A model generated the notes under the pieces. It searched no databases, was not told the DNA's origin, and saw nothing but the letters and a program-made list of their open reading frames with translations. DNA of 64,000 nt from Acidobacteriota bacterium (lineage in GTDB: Bacteria > Acidobacteriota > Thermoanaerobaculia > Gp7-AA8): positions 96,001-160,000 of the forward strand of contig JAFATB010000012.1 in assembly GCA_019244185.1 (NCBI GenBank). The letters run 5' to 3'. Position 1 is the stretch's first letter, and each line of letters opens with the position of its first letter. Position numbers and translations under genes: made by a program. Below are positions 49,141-62,971 of this stretch, in pieces.

Positions 49141-51231
49141 CTACTCCGGCGCGATCCCCAACTCCGTCCACAGTTCTTTCGGATTGAAGATCTTTCCGTC
49201 CTTCACCACCGTCGCCACGTGTCGGATGTCGCTGATGTTCTGCGTCGGATCGCCGTTGACGATGATGAAGTCGGCGAGCTTGCCGGCTTCGATCGTGCCG
49301 AGGTTCTGCTCGCGCTTCAGAATCTGCGCGGGGCGCAGCGTGGCGATGCTGAGCACTTCCGGCGCGGGGATGCCGGCCTTCACGTAGAGCTCGAGCTCGC
49401 GGTCGAGCGCGAAGCCGGCGAAGTCGTCGGTGCCGGCCACGATGCGGATGCCGTGGTCGCGCAGCGCCTTCACCATGTCGAGCATCTTCTGGAACGACGC
49501 GCGATAGCGCTCGTCCATGCCGTCGGGCACGGGTAGTCCGCCGGTGAGGAGGCCGCGGCGCAGCTGCGCGGGGAAGCGGTCCGCGACCATGGCGTAGCTC
49601 GGCGAGACGCTGCCGTTGCGCGCGGTGAACATGCCTTCGAAGGCGACGAGCGTCGGATCGCTGACGGTGTTGTGCGCCTTGAGCTTCGCGAAGAACGCCT
49701 GGACTTCCGGCGAGTTCAGATCGAGATCGGCCGCGCGTTTCGCGACTTCGGTGAAGCGCGCCGGCGTACGCGTGTCCTTCACGTCCGGCATGAAGTTCAG
49801 CAGCAGCATGTTGACGTGCTGGATCTCGTCGTAGCCGGCGTCGACGGCCTGCGACGCGGTCATGAACGCGGGGATGTGACCGCTGACGCGCATGCCTTTC
49901 GAGTGCGCGTACTTCGCCATGAACGGCACGAGCTCGGGCTTGATGGAGCTGTAGATCTTCAGCCCCTCGTAGTGGCGGCCGGCGAAGAAGTCGATCGCTT
50001 TCTTCGCTTCCTCTTCGTTGTCGGCGAGGATGTTCGTCGGTCCCTTGTACGGTCCGCGGCCGTCGACCAGTCCGGCGAGCGAGATGCGCGGTCCGATCGC
50101 GGCGCCGCTCTCGAACTTCTGCTTCAGATCCATGACGGTGTCGCTGTCGTTGCCGAGGTCGCGCGCGGAGGTGACGCCGGACGCGATGTCGAGCAGGCCG
50201 TCGATCTCGCTGAAGTGCTGGTGCATGTCCCAGAGGCCGGGCAGCACAACTTTGCCCTGTGCGTCGATGAGCTCCGCGGCGTTGCGCTCGGTCGGCGTGC
50301 CGACGGACGCGATGCGGTTGCCTTCGACGACGATCGTCGTCGGCTCCGAGAGCTTCATCGTGCGCGGGTCGAAGATGCGCGCGTTGGTGACGACGATGCG
50401 GTTGCCGGCCGGCGTGTGCGTGTACTTTTTCGCGAGCTCCGCGGTGCGCGCGTGGCCGCGCGCCTCCTCCTGCTCGATGAGCTGCTTCGCGTCGGCCTCG
50501 AAGCCTTCGCGGATGGTCGACGACCACGCGGAGACGCTGGCGAAGAAGTTCTGGTGGTCGTCGAGCCAGATCTCGAACGGCTGCAGCCCGAGGCCGCTCA
50601 GTTCGTACGCGGTGACGTGCGTGCCGTGCAGATCCGCCTCGCCGGTTTTCCGGATGGCCACCGTTCCGCTGGGAAGGACAGGCAGCGATCCGCCCGCCGC
50701 CAACAGCGCCTTCGCCAGCACGCCCACTTCCTCAGGTGGTCCGTACATGGTCGGGTAATACGCGCCGGCGTTGCCGTGCCCCGACTCCGAGGTGTTCTTC
50801 CACGACGCGACGCCGTTCGTCGTGTCGAAGTGTTCCTCGATCGGCTGCTTGAGATAGTCGTTGCCGGTGATCTCGACCGACTCCGGGACGCCGCGCGCGT
50901 CGAGGTGCATGACGGTGTGCGTCTTCGGTCCGCGCCCGCGGTCGTTGAACTCGTAGTCGACCGTGAGCTCGTTGCCGTTGCGATGCACGACCTGCGAGCC
51001 GGCGGTGTTCGACGCCATGAGCACGGTCGAGCGCGTGACGCTCTCCGGCGCCGCGCTCATCGCCTGCGACGACGACGAAGGCGAGGCCGGCGGCGGCGTG
51101 GTCGCCGCGGGCGCGCTCCCGGTCGTCGCCAGCACCGGCGGCGCGGGCGTCTCCGGCGTCGTGGTCGGCATCGTGGTGTGGGCGCATGCGGCGGCGAGCA
51201 ACGCGAGAACGGCGAGCGTTTTGTGGTGCAT
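49141..51231 (-). CDS. Lipoprotein amidohydrolase-family protein
   Basis: Lipobox LAAAC; PGLWDMHQH, GTD and GKLAD motifs. Confidence 0.88.
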   Translation of the reverse strand: MHHKTLAVLALLAAACAHTTMPTTTPETPAPPVLATTGSAPAATTPPPASPSSSSQAMSAAPESVTRSTVLMASNTAGSQVVHRNGNELTVDYEFNDRGRGPKTHTVMHLDARGVPESVEITGNDYLKQPIEEHFDTTNGVASWKNTSESGHGNAGAYYPTMYGPPEEVGVLAKALLAAGGSLPVLPSGTVAIRKTGEADLHGTHVTAYELSGLGLQPFEIWLDDHQNFFASVSAWSSTIREGFEADAKQLIEQEEARGHARTAELAKKYTHTPAGNRIVVTNARIFDPRTMKLSEPTTIVVEGNRIASVGTPTERNAAELIDAQGKVVLPGLWDMHQHFSEIDGLLDIASGVTSARDLGNDSDTVMDLKQKFESGAAIGPRISLAGLVDGRGPYKGPTNILADNEEEAKKAIDFFAGRHYEGLKIYSSIKPELVPFMAKYAHSKGMRVSGHIPAFMTASQAVDAGYDEIQHVNMLLLNFMPDVKDTRTPARFTEVAKRAADLDLNSPEVQAFFAKLKAHNTVSDPTLVAFEGMFTARNGSVSPSYAMVADRFPAQLRRGLLTGGLPVPDGMDERYRASFQKMLDMVKALRDHGIRIVAGTDDFAGFALDRELELYVKAGIPAPEVLSIATLRPAQILKREQNLGTIEAGKLADFIIVNGDPTQNISDIRHVATVVKDGKIFNPKELWTELGIAPE

Positions 51232-51259
51232 GGTGCGCATTCTAGAATGCGCGCGGCCT

Positions 51260-52099
51260 ATGGCGCGCCCTTCCGTCACGGTTCTCATTCACACCCTCAA
51301 TGAAATCGAGAACATCGAGGAGTGCCTCCGCTCGGTCGAATGGGCCGACGAGATCTACCTCCTCGACTCGTTTTCCAACGACGGCACGATCGAGCTGGTC
51401 CGCGAACGTTTCCCCCGCGTCCGCATCGAACAGCGCGAATACCTCGGCGCGGCCTCGCAGAAGAACTACGCCATCGACCGCGCCGCGAACGACTGGATCT
51501 TCGTCATCGACGCCGACGAGCGCGTGACGCCGCCGCTGCGCGACGAGCTCCTGCGCACGCTCGAAGGTCCGCTCGACGTGTGGGCCTACTCCGTCGGCCG
51601 CCGCAACTTCATGCTCGGGAAGGAAGTGAAATACAGCGGCCTGCAGCGCGACCGCGTGACGCGCCTCTTTCACCGCGGCCACGCGCGCTATCCGAACAAG
51701 CGCGTCCACGCGGACCTCCTCGTCGACGGCGCGACGGTCGACCTGCGCGCGAAGATGCTGCACTTCTACATCCGCTCGTTCGATCACATGATCGCGAAGA
51801 TGACGCGCTACGCGAACTGGGGCGCCGCGCAGATGTTCATCGACGGCAAAACCACCGGCGTGTGGGGCATCTTCAGCCACGCCTTCGCGAAGTTCGTGCG
51901 CGACTACGTCTTCAACCTCGGCTTTCTCGACGGCGCGCGCGGCCTGATCTCCGTCGGCATGCACGTCTATTACACGTTCTGGAAGTACGCGAAGCTCTGG
52001 GAGTTCCAGCAGCTCAAGCGCCTCGGCAAGCCCGTTCCGCTCCCCGCGCTCGACGAGGGCGAAGGGCGGTGGGAACTGCCGTGGGTCAAGAACAGCTAA
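51260..52099 (+). CDS. Glycosyltransferase family 2 (WaaE/KdtX-like)
   Basis: NE..NI, DSFSNDGT, DADE and GFLDG motifs. Confidence 0.9.
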   Translation: MARPSVTVLIHTLNEIENIEECLRSVEWADEIYLLDSFSNDGTIELVRERFPRVRIEQREYLGAASQKNYAIDRAANDWIFVIDADERVTPPLRDELLRTLEGPLDVWAYSVGRRNFMLGKEVKYSGLQRDRVTRLFHRGHARYPNKRVHADLLVDGATVDLRAKMLHFYIRSFDHMIAKMTRYANWGAAQMFIDGKTTGVWGIFSHAFAKFVRDYVFNLGFLDGARGLISVGMHVYYTFWKYAKLWEFQQLKRLGKPVPLPALDEGEGRWELPWVKNS

Positions 52100-53361
52100 T
52101 CCGCTGCTTCGACGACGACGCGCAATCCTTCGACACGCCGCACGCGCACCCGTGAGCCTTCCTCGATCGGCGATTGCGCGGCCTGCGCGTTCCAGAGCGA
52201 GCCGTGCACGAAGACCTTGCCGTCGGCATTGACGTGCGTGCGCGCGATGCCGATCTCGCCGACCATGGCCTCGCTTCCCGTCGCGACGCGGTTCTTCCGC
52301 GCGCGCACGACGAGCGTCATGAGGAACACCGCGATCGCGCCGATGGGGATGCTCACCGCGAGCGCCGTGACGAGGCGCACGCGCAGCTCGGGGATCGGTC
52401 CGTCGACGAGCGTGATGGCGCCGAAGATCATGCAGATCACGCCGCCGATGCCGAGGACGCCGTGCGAGGTGTACCTCGCCTCGAGCGCGAAGAGGACGAA
52501 CGCGGCGCCGATCAGCGCGACGGACGCGAAGCGCGTCGGCAGCAGATTCAGCGCGAAGATCGCGAGCAGGATCGCGATGAGACCGACGACGCCCGGCAGC
52601 ACCGCGCCGGGATGGTTGAACTCCGCGATCAGCGCGAGCGCGCCGAGCGCGAAGAGCAGGAACGCGACGTTCGGATCCATGATCCACGCGAGGAGGCGTT
52701 GCTTGAGCGTCATCTCGAACGGCGTCACCGGTTGTCCGGCGACGCGCAGGATCGTGGTCGTGCCGTTGAAGCGCTTGATCGTGCGGCCGTCGGCCCAGCG
52801 CAACAGCGAAGGGACGTCGGGCGCGATGACGTCGATGACGTGCTGCGTCAGCGCTTCCTGTTCCGTGAACGACTTCGCCTCGCGCACGGCCGCTTCGGCC
52901 GCGGCGACGTTGCGTCCGCGCCGCTGCGCGATGCTGCGGATGAAGGCCGCCGCGTCGCTCTGCAGCTTCATCTTCATCACGTCATCGAGCTTCTCGCCCA
53001 TCAGCACGGGATGCGCGGCGCCCGTGTTCGTGCCGGGCGCCATCGCCGCGATGTCGGCCGCTTCGAGCACGAAGAAGCCGGCCGACGCCGCGCGCGAGCC
53101 GGCCGGGCCGACCCACACGAGCACCGGTACGGGCGACTTGAGGATGTTCTCGACGATCTTGCGCATCGACGACTCGAGTCCGCCCGGCGTGCGCAATTCG
53201 AGCACGACCGCGGACGACTTTTGCGCCACCGCGCGATCGAGCGCCCGCGCGATGAACTCGTCCGTCACCGGATGAATCGCGTCGTCGACGACCACGTGCA
53301 CGACGTCGGCGTGCGCGAGGTTCGCGACGAGGAGCAGCACGAGCGCGGCGATCGTCTTCAT
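52096..53361 (-). CDS. nfeD: NfeD long-form membrane serine protease
   Basis: TPGG, AASAG and GAAHPV motifs, TM region and C-terminal OB fold. Confidence 0.92.
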   Translation of the reverse strand: MKTIAALVLLLVANLAHADVVHVVVDDAIHPVTDEFIARALDRAVAQKSSAVVLELRTPGGLESSMRKIVENILKSPVPVLVWVGPAGSRAASAGFFVLEAADIAAMAPGTNTGAAHPVLMGEKLDDVMKMKLQSDAAAFIRSIAQRRGRNVAAAEAAVREAKSFTEQEALTQHVIDVIAPDVPSLLRWADGRTIKRFNGTTTILRVAGQPVTPFEMTLKQRLLAWIMDPNVAFLLFALGALALIAEFNHPGAVLPGVVGLIAILLAIFALNLLPTRFASVALIGAAFVLFALEARYTSHGVLGIGGVICMIFGAITLVDGPIPELRVRLVTALAVSIPIGAIAVFLMTLVVRARKNRVATGSEAMVGEIGIARTHVNADGKVFVHGSLWNAQAAQSPIEEGSRVRVRRVEGLRVVVEAAD

Positions 53362-53458
53362 GAATGAATTCCTCATCGGAACGAAACGCAGCGGCTTTTA
53401 CGCGCGATTCCGTTCGCCACTACCGGGCGCGCGACCGGGTCGCTCGCGCGGAGGAACC

Positions 53459-53496
53459 GAGCGGTCGTCGGTCGATCGGTCTTGCGACGACCGCTC
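53459..53496. repeat. GC-rich hairpin downstream of dnaB
   Basis: GAGCGGTCGTCG ... CGACGACCGCTC. Confidence 0.55.
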
Positions 53497-53780
53497 GCCG
53501 ATTCCGTCGCAACACCCTTCGGAACACGCATCGCGCCGTAGACAACCTGTCGGACGTTCGTGCCGCTTTGAAGATGGCGTTTTTCAGCGGAAGGGCTGCT
53601 TCGTCGACATTCTGTACGCCGTGGAGTCGTGCGTCGTCTGTCAAGAATCGAATTGCACTCAACAAGAAGTTCGCTTGGCTGGCTCGCATGTACGCCTCAC
53701 AGGTTTTGAGCAGCTTACTCGCCGGATTTTCACAGTGGATTTGGACGAGCGAACGCCGGAGGTGAATATCCACATGGATC

Positions 53781-55184
53781 TCACTCTCCCGGCAGGTACT
53801 CCGGCTGTGGTTCGTAATTGAAGAACTTCGTGATGTCGTTGCGGAACACGAGCTTGAAGTCGCCGATCGGACCGTTGCGCTGTTTGGCGATGATGATCTC
53901 GGCGATGCCCTTCTCTTCCGAGTCCTTGTTGTACACCTCATCGCGGTAGATGAAGGCGACGAGATCGGCGTCCTGCTCGATCGATCCCGACTCGCGGAGG
54001 TCGGAGAGCTGCGGACGGTGGTCGCCGGTGCGTTGCTCGGGACGGCGCGAGAGCTGCGAGAGCGAGAGCAGCGGCACGTTGAGCTCTTTCGCGATCGCTT
54101 TCAGGCCGCGCGAGATCTGCGAGATTTCCTGCTGCCGCGATTCGATCTTGCCTTTGACCGACATGAGCTGCAGGTAGTCGACCATGATCATGTCGAGGCC
54201 CACTTCCATCTTGAGGCGCCGCGCCTTCGCGCGCATCTCGAGCGGGTCCATGCCCGGCGTGTCGTCGATGTAGATCTTTCCCTTCGACAGCCGCGCGCCC
54301 GCTTCGGCGAGATCGCGCCAGTTGCGCTCGGAGAGCATGCCGCTGCGGATGAGGTGATTCGATACGCCCGACTCCGACGACAGGATGCGCAGGCCGATCT
54401 GCTCTTTGGACATTTCTAGCGAGAAGACGCCGACGCCGTACAGCCGCTCGCCGCCGTTGCGCGGCAGGCCGTCTTTGCCCGGGATGGCGATCGACTCGGC
54501 GATGTTCATCATGAACGAGGTCTTGCCCATCGAAGGCCGCGCCGCGAGGATGATGAGGTCCTGCGGCTGGAAGCCGGACGTCATCTCGTTGAAGCGGTCG
54601 TAGCCGGTGGGCAACCCCGTCACGAGGCGTCCCGCGTTCGCATGGATCTGCTCGATCGCGGACATGTTCTGGCGCGTGATGCGGTCGAGGCCGACGAAGC
54701 CTTTGTCGGTGCTGCCTTCGGCGATTTCGTAGAGCGACTTCTCGGCGATGGTGAGCACTTCGCTCGGCTCGCTCGGCGCGTCGAGCGCCGCTCGCATCAC
54801 GCTGTTGCCCATGACGATGAGGCGCCGCAGCATCGACTTCTCTTTGACGATGTGCGCGTAGCGCTCGACGTTCGCGACGTCGGGCACGACGTCGATGAGC
54901 GAGGAGATGAACGCGGCGCCGCCGACCTGCTCGAGCTGCGCGTGCTTCGCGAGCTCTTCCTTGAGCGTCAGCAGCTCGATCTCCAGACTCTGCTCCGCCA
55001 TGCGGCGCATGGTCGCGAAGATCACGCGGTGCGCGTCGCGGAAGAAGTCATCGGTGTCGATCGTGCCGATGACGCGGTAGAAGGCGTGGTTGTTGAGGAG
55101 GATCGAGCCGAGGACCGCGCGCTCCGCATCCGGGCTCTGCGGCATGGGCCGATCGAGGGCTACGTCGAGTTGGGCAACGCTCAT
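53781..55184 (-). CDS. dnaB: Replicative DNA helicase
   Basis: AARPSMGKT, FSLEM, DYLQLM, SDLRESGSIEQDAD and KQRNGP motifs. Confidence 0.98.
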   Translation of the reverse strand: MSVAQLDVALDRPMPQSPDAERAVLGSILLNNHAFYRVIGTIDTDDFFRDAHRVIFATMRRMAEQSLEIELLTLKEELAKHAQLEQVGGAAFISSLIDVVPDVANVERYAHIVKEKSMLRRLIVMGNSVMRAALDAPSEPSEVLTIAEKSLYEIAEGSTDKGFVGLDRITRQNMSAIEQIHANAGRLVTGLPTGYDRFNEMTSGFQPQDLIILAARPSMGKTSFMMNIAESIAIPGKDGLPRNGGERLYGVGVFSLEMSKEQIGLRILSSESGVSNHLIRSGMLSERNWRDLAEAGARLSKGKIYIDDTPGMDPLEMRAKARRLKMEVGLDMIMVDYLQLMSVKGKIESRQQEISQISRGLKAIAKELNVPLLSLSQLSRRPEQRTGDHRPQLSDLRESGSIEQDADLVAFIYRDEVYNKDSEEKGIAEIIIAKQRNGPIGDFKLVFRNDITKFFNYEPQPEYLPGE

Positions 55185-55231
55185 TGGACGAGGAGCGCGA
55201 TTCTACGAGGCGTAGTTCGCGCGGACGTGCG

Positions 55232-55352
55232 CATCCCCAGGTTTTCAACAGCGTCGCGGCGTCGTGCCTGACAGGAAATCCACAGGTGTGGAAAACGCAC
55301 GAATCATGTTGACACGAAAACGGCGCGGAATGCCTCTCCCCGCTGTGGGGTT
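55232..55352. promoter_or_regulatory. Cluster of DnaA-box-like sites upstream of dnaB
   Basis: TTTTCAACA at 55242, AAATCCACA at 55276, TGTGGAAAA at 55287. Confidence 0.55.
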
Positions 55353-55440
55353 GGTCAGCGCGTTCGCGGCGTGGCGGAACCTCGTCCGGCCGTGCCGCGT
55401 CTGAGACTTCGCGTTGTCAAACGAAGGGAGATTTCCGTCC

Positions 55441-56370
55441 ATGAAGCGATTCATCCTCGGTGCGCTGCTCGCCGCGCCGCTCGCAGCACAACAGCCCGCC
55501 GCCGCGCCCGCGGCCGCGCCGGCCGATCCGTCGAAGGTCGTCGTCGCCGAAGTCAACGGCGACCCGATCACGCAGGGGCAGCTGGACGTGCTCTGGTACC
55601 GCCTCAGCGAGAACATGCGCGACCAGTACCGCAAGAACGCGGGCGGCAAGCGCGGCCTGCTGCAGAACTACGTGGCCAAGCGCCTCATCGTGCAGGAAGC
55701 GGTGGCGAAGGGCTTCGACAAGCGCCCCGAGGTGCAGGCCGAGCTCGCGGCCACGCGCGAGTCGCAGCTGTTCGATCTCTACATCCGCGACGTCATCGCC
55801 GCGCCGATCGTGAGCGAGGAGCAGGTGCGCGCGTTCTACGACGAGCACAAGACCAGCGAGTTCGTCTCGCCGCCGCGCGCGAAGGCGCGGCACATCCTCG
55901 TGACCACGAAGAACCGTACGCCCGTCGAGGCGCGCGCGATCGTCGCGCAGCTGATGAGCGACCTGCAGCCGGTGCGGATGCAGGCCGCGACCGCCGGCAG
56001 CTTGAGTGCCTTCACGCAGAAGTTCGCCGACGCCGCGGCAAAAGTCTCCGAGGACGCTGCCACCGCGAAGAACGGCGGCGACCTCGGCTGGGTGACCGCC
56101 GACTCGATCGATCCGAAGCTCGGCGACGCGATCTTCAACCTCAAGCCCGGCGCGATGAGCGGCATCGTCGAAGCGAACGACGGCTATCACCTCATCTACG
56201 TCGAGGAGCAGGAGCCGCAGGACATCGTTCCCTACGAGCTCATTCGCCCCGCGGTCCGCGAGTTCCTCTTCAGCCAGAACACGGCCAAAGTGATGGACGC
56301 GGTCTCGAAGCGCTCCCTCGAGCTCCGCTCGGCGGGGAAGGTCGCGATCTACCCCGAGAAAGTGCAGTAG
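55441..56370 (+). CDS. PpiC-type peptidyl-prolyl isomerase (PrsA/SurA-like)
   Basis: Signal peptide; ARHILV, GGDLGW and GYHLI motifs. Confidence 0.9.
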   Translation: MKRFILGALLAAPLAAQQPAAAPAAAPADPSKVVVAEVNGDPITQGQLDVLWYRLSENMRDQYRKNAGGKRGLLQNYVAKRLIVQEAVAKGFDKRPEVQAELAATRESQLFDLYIRDVIAAPIVSEEQVRAFYDEHKTSEFVSPPRAKARHILVTTKNRTPVEARAIVAQLMSDLQPVRMQAATAGSLSAFTQKFADAAAKVSEDAATAKNGGDLGWVTADSIDPKLGDAIFNLKPGAMSGIVEANDGYHLIYVEEQEPQDIVPYELIRPAVREFLFSQNTAKVMDAVSKRSLELRSAGKVAIYPEKVQ

Positions 56371-56383
56371 CGCGCCGGTGGTG

Positions 56384-56417
56384 CCGTTCCGTGCTCGCGA
56401 GAGCGAGCACGGAACGG
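56384..56417. terminator. 15-bp hairpin between convergent genes
   Basis: CCGTTCCGTGCTCGC-GAGA-GCGAGCACGGAACGG; no U-tract, so the terminator role is uncertain. Confidence 0.55.
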
Positions 56418-56430
56418 GGGGCGGTGCGGA

Positions 56431-56715
56431 TTACGGTTTGACGACGATGTCGGGATCGTGAGTCTGTCCGTTGGCCGTAATTGAATACTTGTGCGTACGC
56501 TCGTCCGGGAATGGGCCGGTCTTCGCGTGATACGGCGCCGTGGACGAATGCTTCACGTCACTGTACCCGTCAATGTCGACGGTGAACGGGAAGTCTGCTT
56601 CGAAGCGGATCTTGTGATTGTTCTTCCGGACCTCGATCGGATCGTGATCGGGCACGGGCAGCCCGGTGCCATCGAGCGTAATGCGAACGGCTTTTTCAGG
56701 ATGATCGTTAGCCAT
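56431..56715 (-). CDS. Small beta-rich hypothetical protein downstream of the kinase
   Basis: GGGAGGAG SD; 94 aa; PDHDPI...KYSI...DPDIVV. Confidence 0.75.
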   Translation of the reverse strand: MANDHPEKAVRITLDGTGLPVPDHDPIEVRKNNHKIRFEADFPFTVDIDGYSDVKHSSTAPYHAKTGPFPDERTHKYSITANGQTHDPDIVVKP

Positions 56716-56735
56716 GCGGTAGCTCCTCCCTGCGG

Positions 56736-59348
<2,613 letters not shown>

Positions 59349-59460
59349 GAATGTCGTTGAACCGGAGTTGTCCCGGATTCTACTTGCTGAATGCGCCGCG
59401 AGAGTGCTTTTCTCCGGCGGCGTATAATCGCGGCCGTTCCCTTCGCAGGTGCGTGGTGTC

Positions 59461-60039
59461 ATGCGGCGCTGGACGGTCCCCATTGCGGCGATCTCCCTCC
59501 TGCTGACCGGAGCCTCGGCGCTCGCGGACGGGGAGCCTGCGGCCGTGCTCGTCCCGTGGAAGCTGCTCGTGCACGACGCGCACGAGGTGCCCGGCGACGC
59601 CGCGCTCGTCCTCTACTGGGTTCCGGCCTCGCCCGACGAGCTGCGGCACGCGGCGCTGCTCGCGTCGGCGGAGCTCGTCGCGGCCTCGCATTGCGTCGCG
59701 ATGCGCGTCGTTCGTTCGGACGATGCGGAGATGCTCGAGCGGCTCGACGTCGAACAGTTGCCGGTGGCGGTGCTGGCGGATGGCGACGGTCACGTCGTCG
59801 CGCGCATCGAGAGCCGCAACGGCGTGCTGGGACTCGCGGACGTCGAAAGCATGGTTCGCAAGGCGCTCGAACGGCAGCGCGCCGCTGCCGAGGAAGCGCT
59901 CGACGACGCGGCGAAGCACGCGGATGCGGGCGAACGCGATGCGGCGGTCGTGTTGTACGAGCGCGTGGCGAAGCAGCGGTGCATCTGTCCGCGTCAGGCG
60001 CGCGACGCGCAGCGGGCGCTGCGCAAGATCCGGCAGTGA
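59461..60039 (+). CDS. Secreted hypothetical protein (possibly degenerate thioredoxin-like)
   Basis: Signal peptide; LDVEQLPVAVLADGDG pattern. Confidence 0.65.
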   Translation: MRRWTVPIAAISLLLTGASALADGEPAAVLVPWKLLVHDAHEVPGDAALVLYWVPASPDELRHAALLASAELVAASHCVAMRVVRSDDAEMLERLDVEQLPVAVLADGDGHVVARIESRNGVLGLADVESMVRKALERQRAAAEEALDDAAKHADAGERDAAVVLYERVAKQRCICPRQARDAQRALRKIRQ

Positions 60040-60046
60040 GGGGAAA

Positions 60047-60074
60047 ACGCGGAGCGGCGGGCGCCGCTCCGCGT
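60047..60074 (-). terminator. Intrinsic terminator or REP-like hairpin after the desaturase
   Basis: ACGCGGAGCGGCG-GG-CGCCGCTCCGCGT, followed by a short T run on the minus strand. Confidence 0.6.
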
Positions 60075-60083
60075 GGGCAAAGG

Positions 60084-61190
60084 TTACGCTGCCTGTTCGA
60101 GCATCCGCACGGCGCGCTTCCAGTGACGGCGCGAGCGGCGGACGTGGCGCTTCGAGAGTCGCGTCTGCTGACGCCACGTCGCGAAGCCTTGCGCGCGCGC
60201 TTCGAGTCCGGCGCGCCAGAGTGCGACCGCGCGCTCGAGGTGACGCGTGGCCACGTTGAGGCGGCGGCGCGCTTCATCGGCGATCGTGCCGCGCGCGGTG
60301 GCGATCTTCTCCTGCACGAGGCCGATCGCGGCGCGCATGCGCGCCTGTTCGATCTGCGGCGCGGGCGTCGCGATGAGCGACTTCGCGAGACCGGTGAGGC
60401 GCAGCGCGCCGATCCACCACTTCGCCGGATCCCACTGGTACCAGCGGATGCCGTTGCGGAAGTCGGCGGGGAAGCGGTGATGGAACGAGTGATAGCCCTC
60501 GCCGAGCGTGACCAGCGCGACGAGCCAGTTGTCGCGCGCGGAGGCTTCCGCGTTGAACACCGGCTTGCCGAGGGTGTGCGCGAGCGAGTTGACGAAGAAC
60601 GTGGTGTGGTGGATGACCACGATGCGGGCGAAACCGCCCCACAGCAGGCCGGCGATCGGATCGCCGAACGCCGCGCCGATGAGTGTCGGCACGCCGAAGC
60701 CGCCCACGATGAGGATCGCTTTGTGCCAGCGGTGCTGCCACATCACGATCTTGTTCGCGAGCAGGTCGGGCGCATTCGCGAACGTGTCGTCGCGCTGATC
60801 GTTGCGGTAGAAGATCCAGAGGATGTGCGCCCACCAGAAGCCGCGGCGGATGTTGTACGGATCCCAATCCTTGTCCGCGTACTTGTGATGCACGCGGTGG
60901 CTCGACGACCACCAGAGGATCGAGTTCTGCGCGGCCATCGCGCCGAAGAACGCGTAGAAGAGCTGCACCGGCCACGCGGCCTCGTAGCTCTTGTGCGAGA
61001 AGAAACGGTGGTAGCCGGCGCAGATCGAGATGCCGACCGCGCCGTACATGGCAACCATCAGGATCGGCATCCAGAGGTGAAAGCCGGCGTACCAGGTGTA
61101 CGCGGCCGTGCCTGCGATTCCGATGACGGGCGTGAGGGTGAGGAAGAGAATGTTCACCCAGTCTTTTTGCGGCTGCTGCGTGTCGCTGAT
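60084..61190 (-). CDS. Delta-9 acyl-CoA-type fatty acid desaturase (start uncertain)
   Basis: His boxes HRFFSH, HRVHH and HSFHH; VNSLAH and GEGYH motifs. Confidence 0.92.
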   Translation of the reverse strand: MSDTQQPQKDWVNILFLTLTPVIGIAGTAAYTWYAGFHLWMPILMVAMYGAVGISICAGYHRFFSHKSYEAAWPVQLFYAFFGAMAAQNSILWWSSSHRVHHKYADKDWDPYNIRRGFWWAHILWIFYRNDQRDDTFANAPDLLANKIVMWQHRWHKAILIVGGFGVPTLIGAAFGDPIAGLLWGGFARIVVIHHTTFFVNSLAHTLGKPVFNAEASARDNWLVALVTLGEGYHSFHHRFPADFRNGIRWYQWDPAKWWIGALRLTGLAKSLIATPAPQIEQARMRAAIGLVQEKIATARGTIADEARRRLNVATRHLERAVALWRAGLEARAQGFATWRQQTRLSKRHVRRSRRHWKRAVRMLEQAA

Positions 61191-61284
61191 GATTCCACCT
61201 CCTGGAAGTGCTGCCGAGAACGTCCGGGGTCGCGAACGTATTCGCATTCAACCACGATGAGCGACGGTCGTGTCGCGAATGTTG

Positions 61285-62952
<1,668 letters not shown>

Positions 62953-62971
62953 GAGAGGATTCTATGACGTT

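Noticed and set aside
53420-53780. ORFs in the nfeD-dnaB intergenic region
   Set aside because: No SD, recognizable motif or host-like codon usage; treated as non-coding.
54440-54500. Insertion in DnaB (possible intein)
   Set aside because: It is only a ~10-aa loop (GKDGLPRNGGER), has no intein termini, and the protein length is normal.
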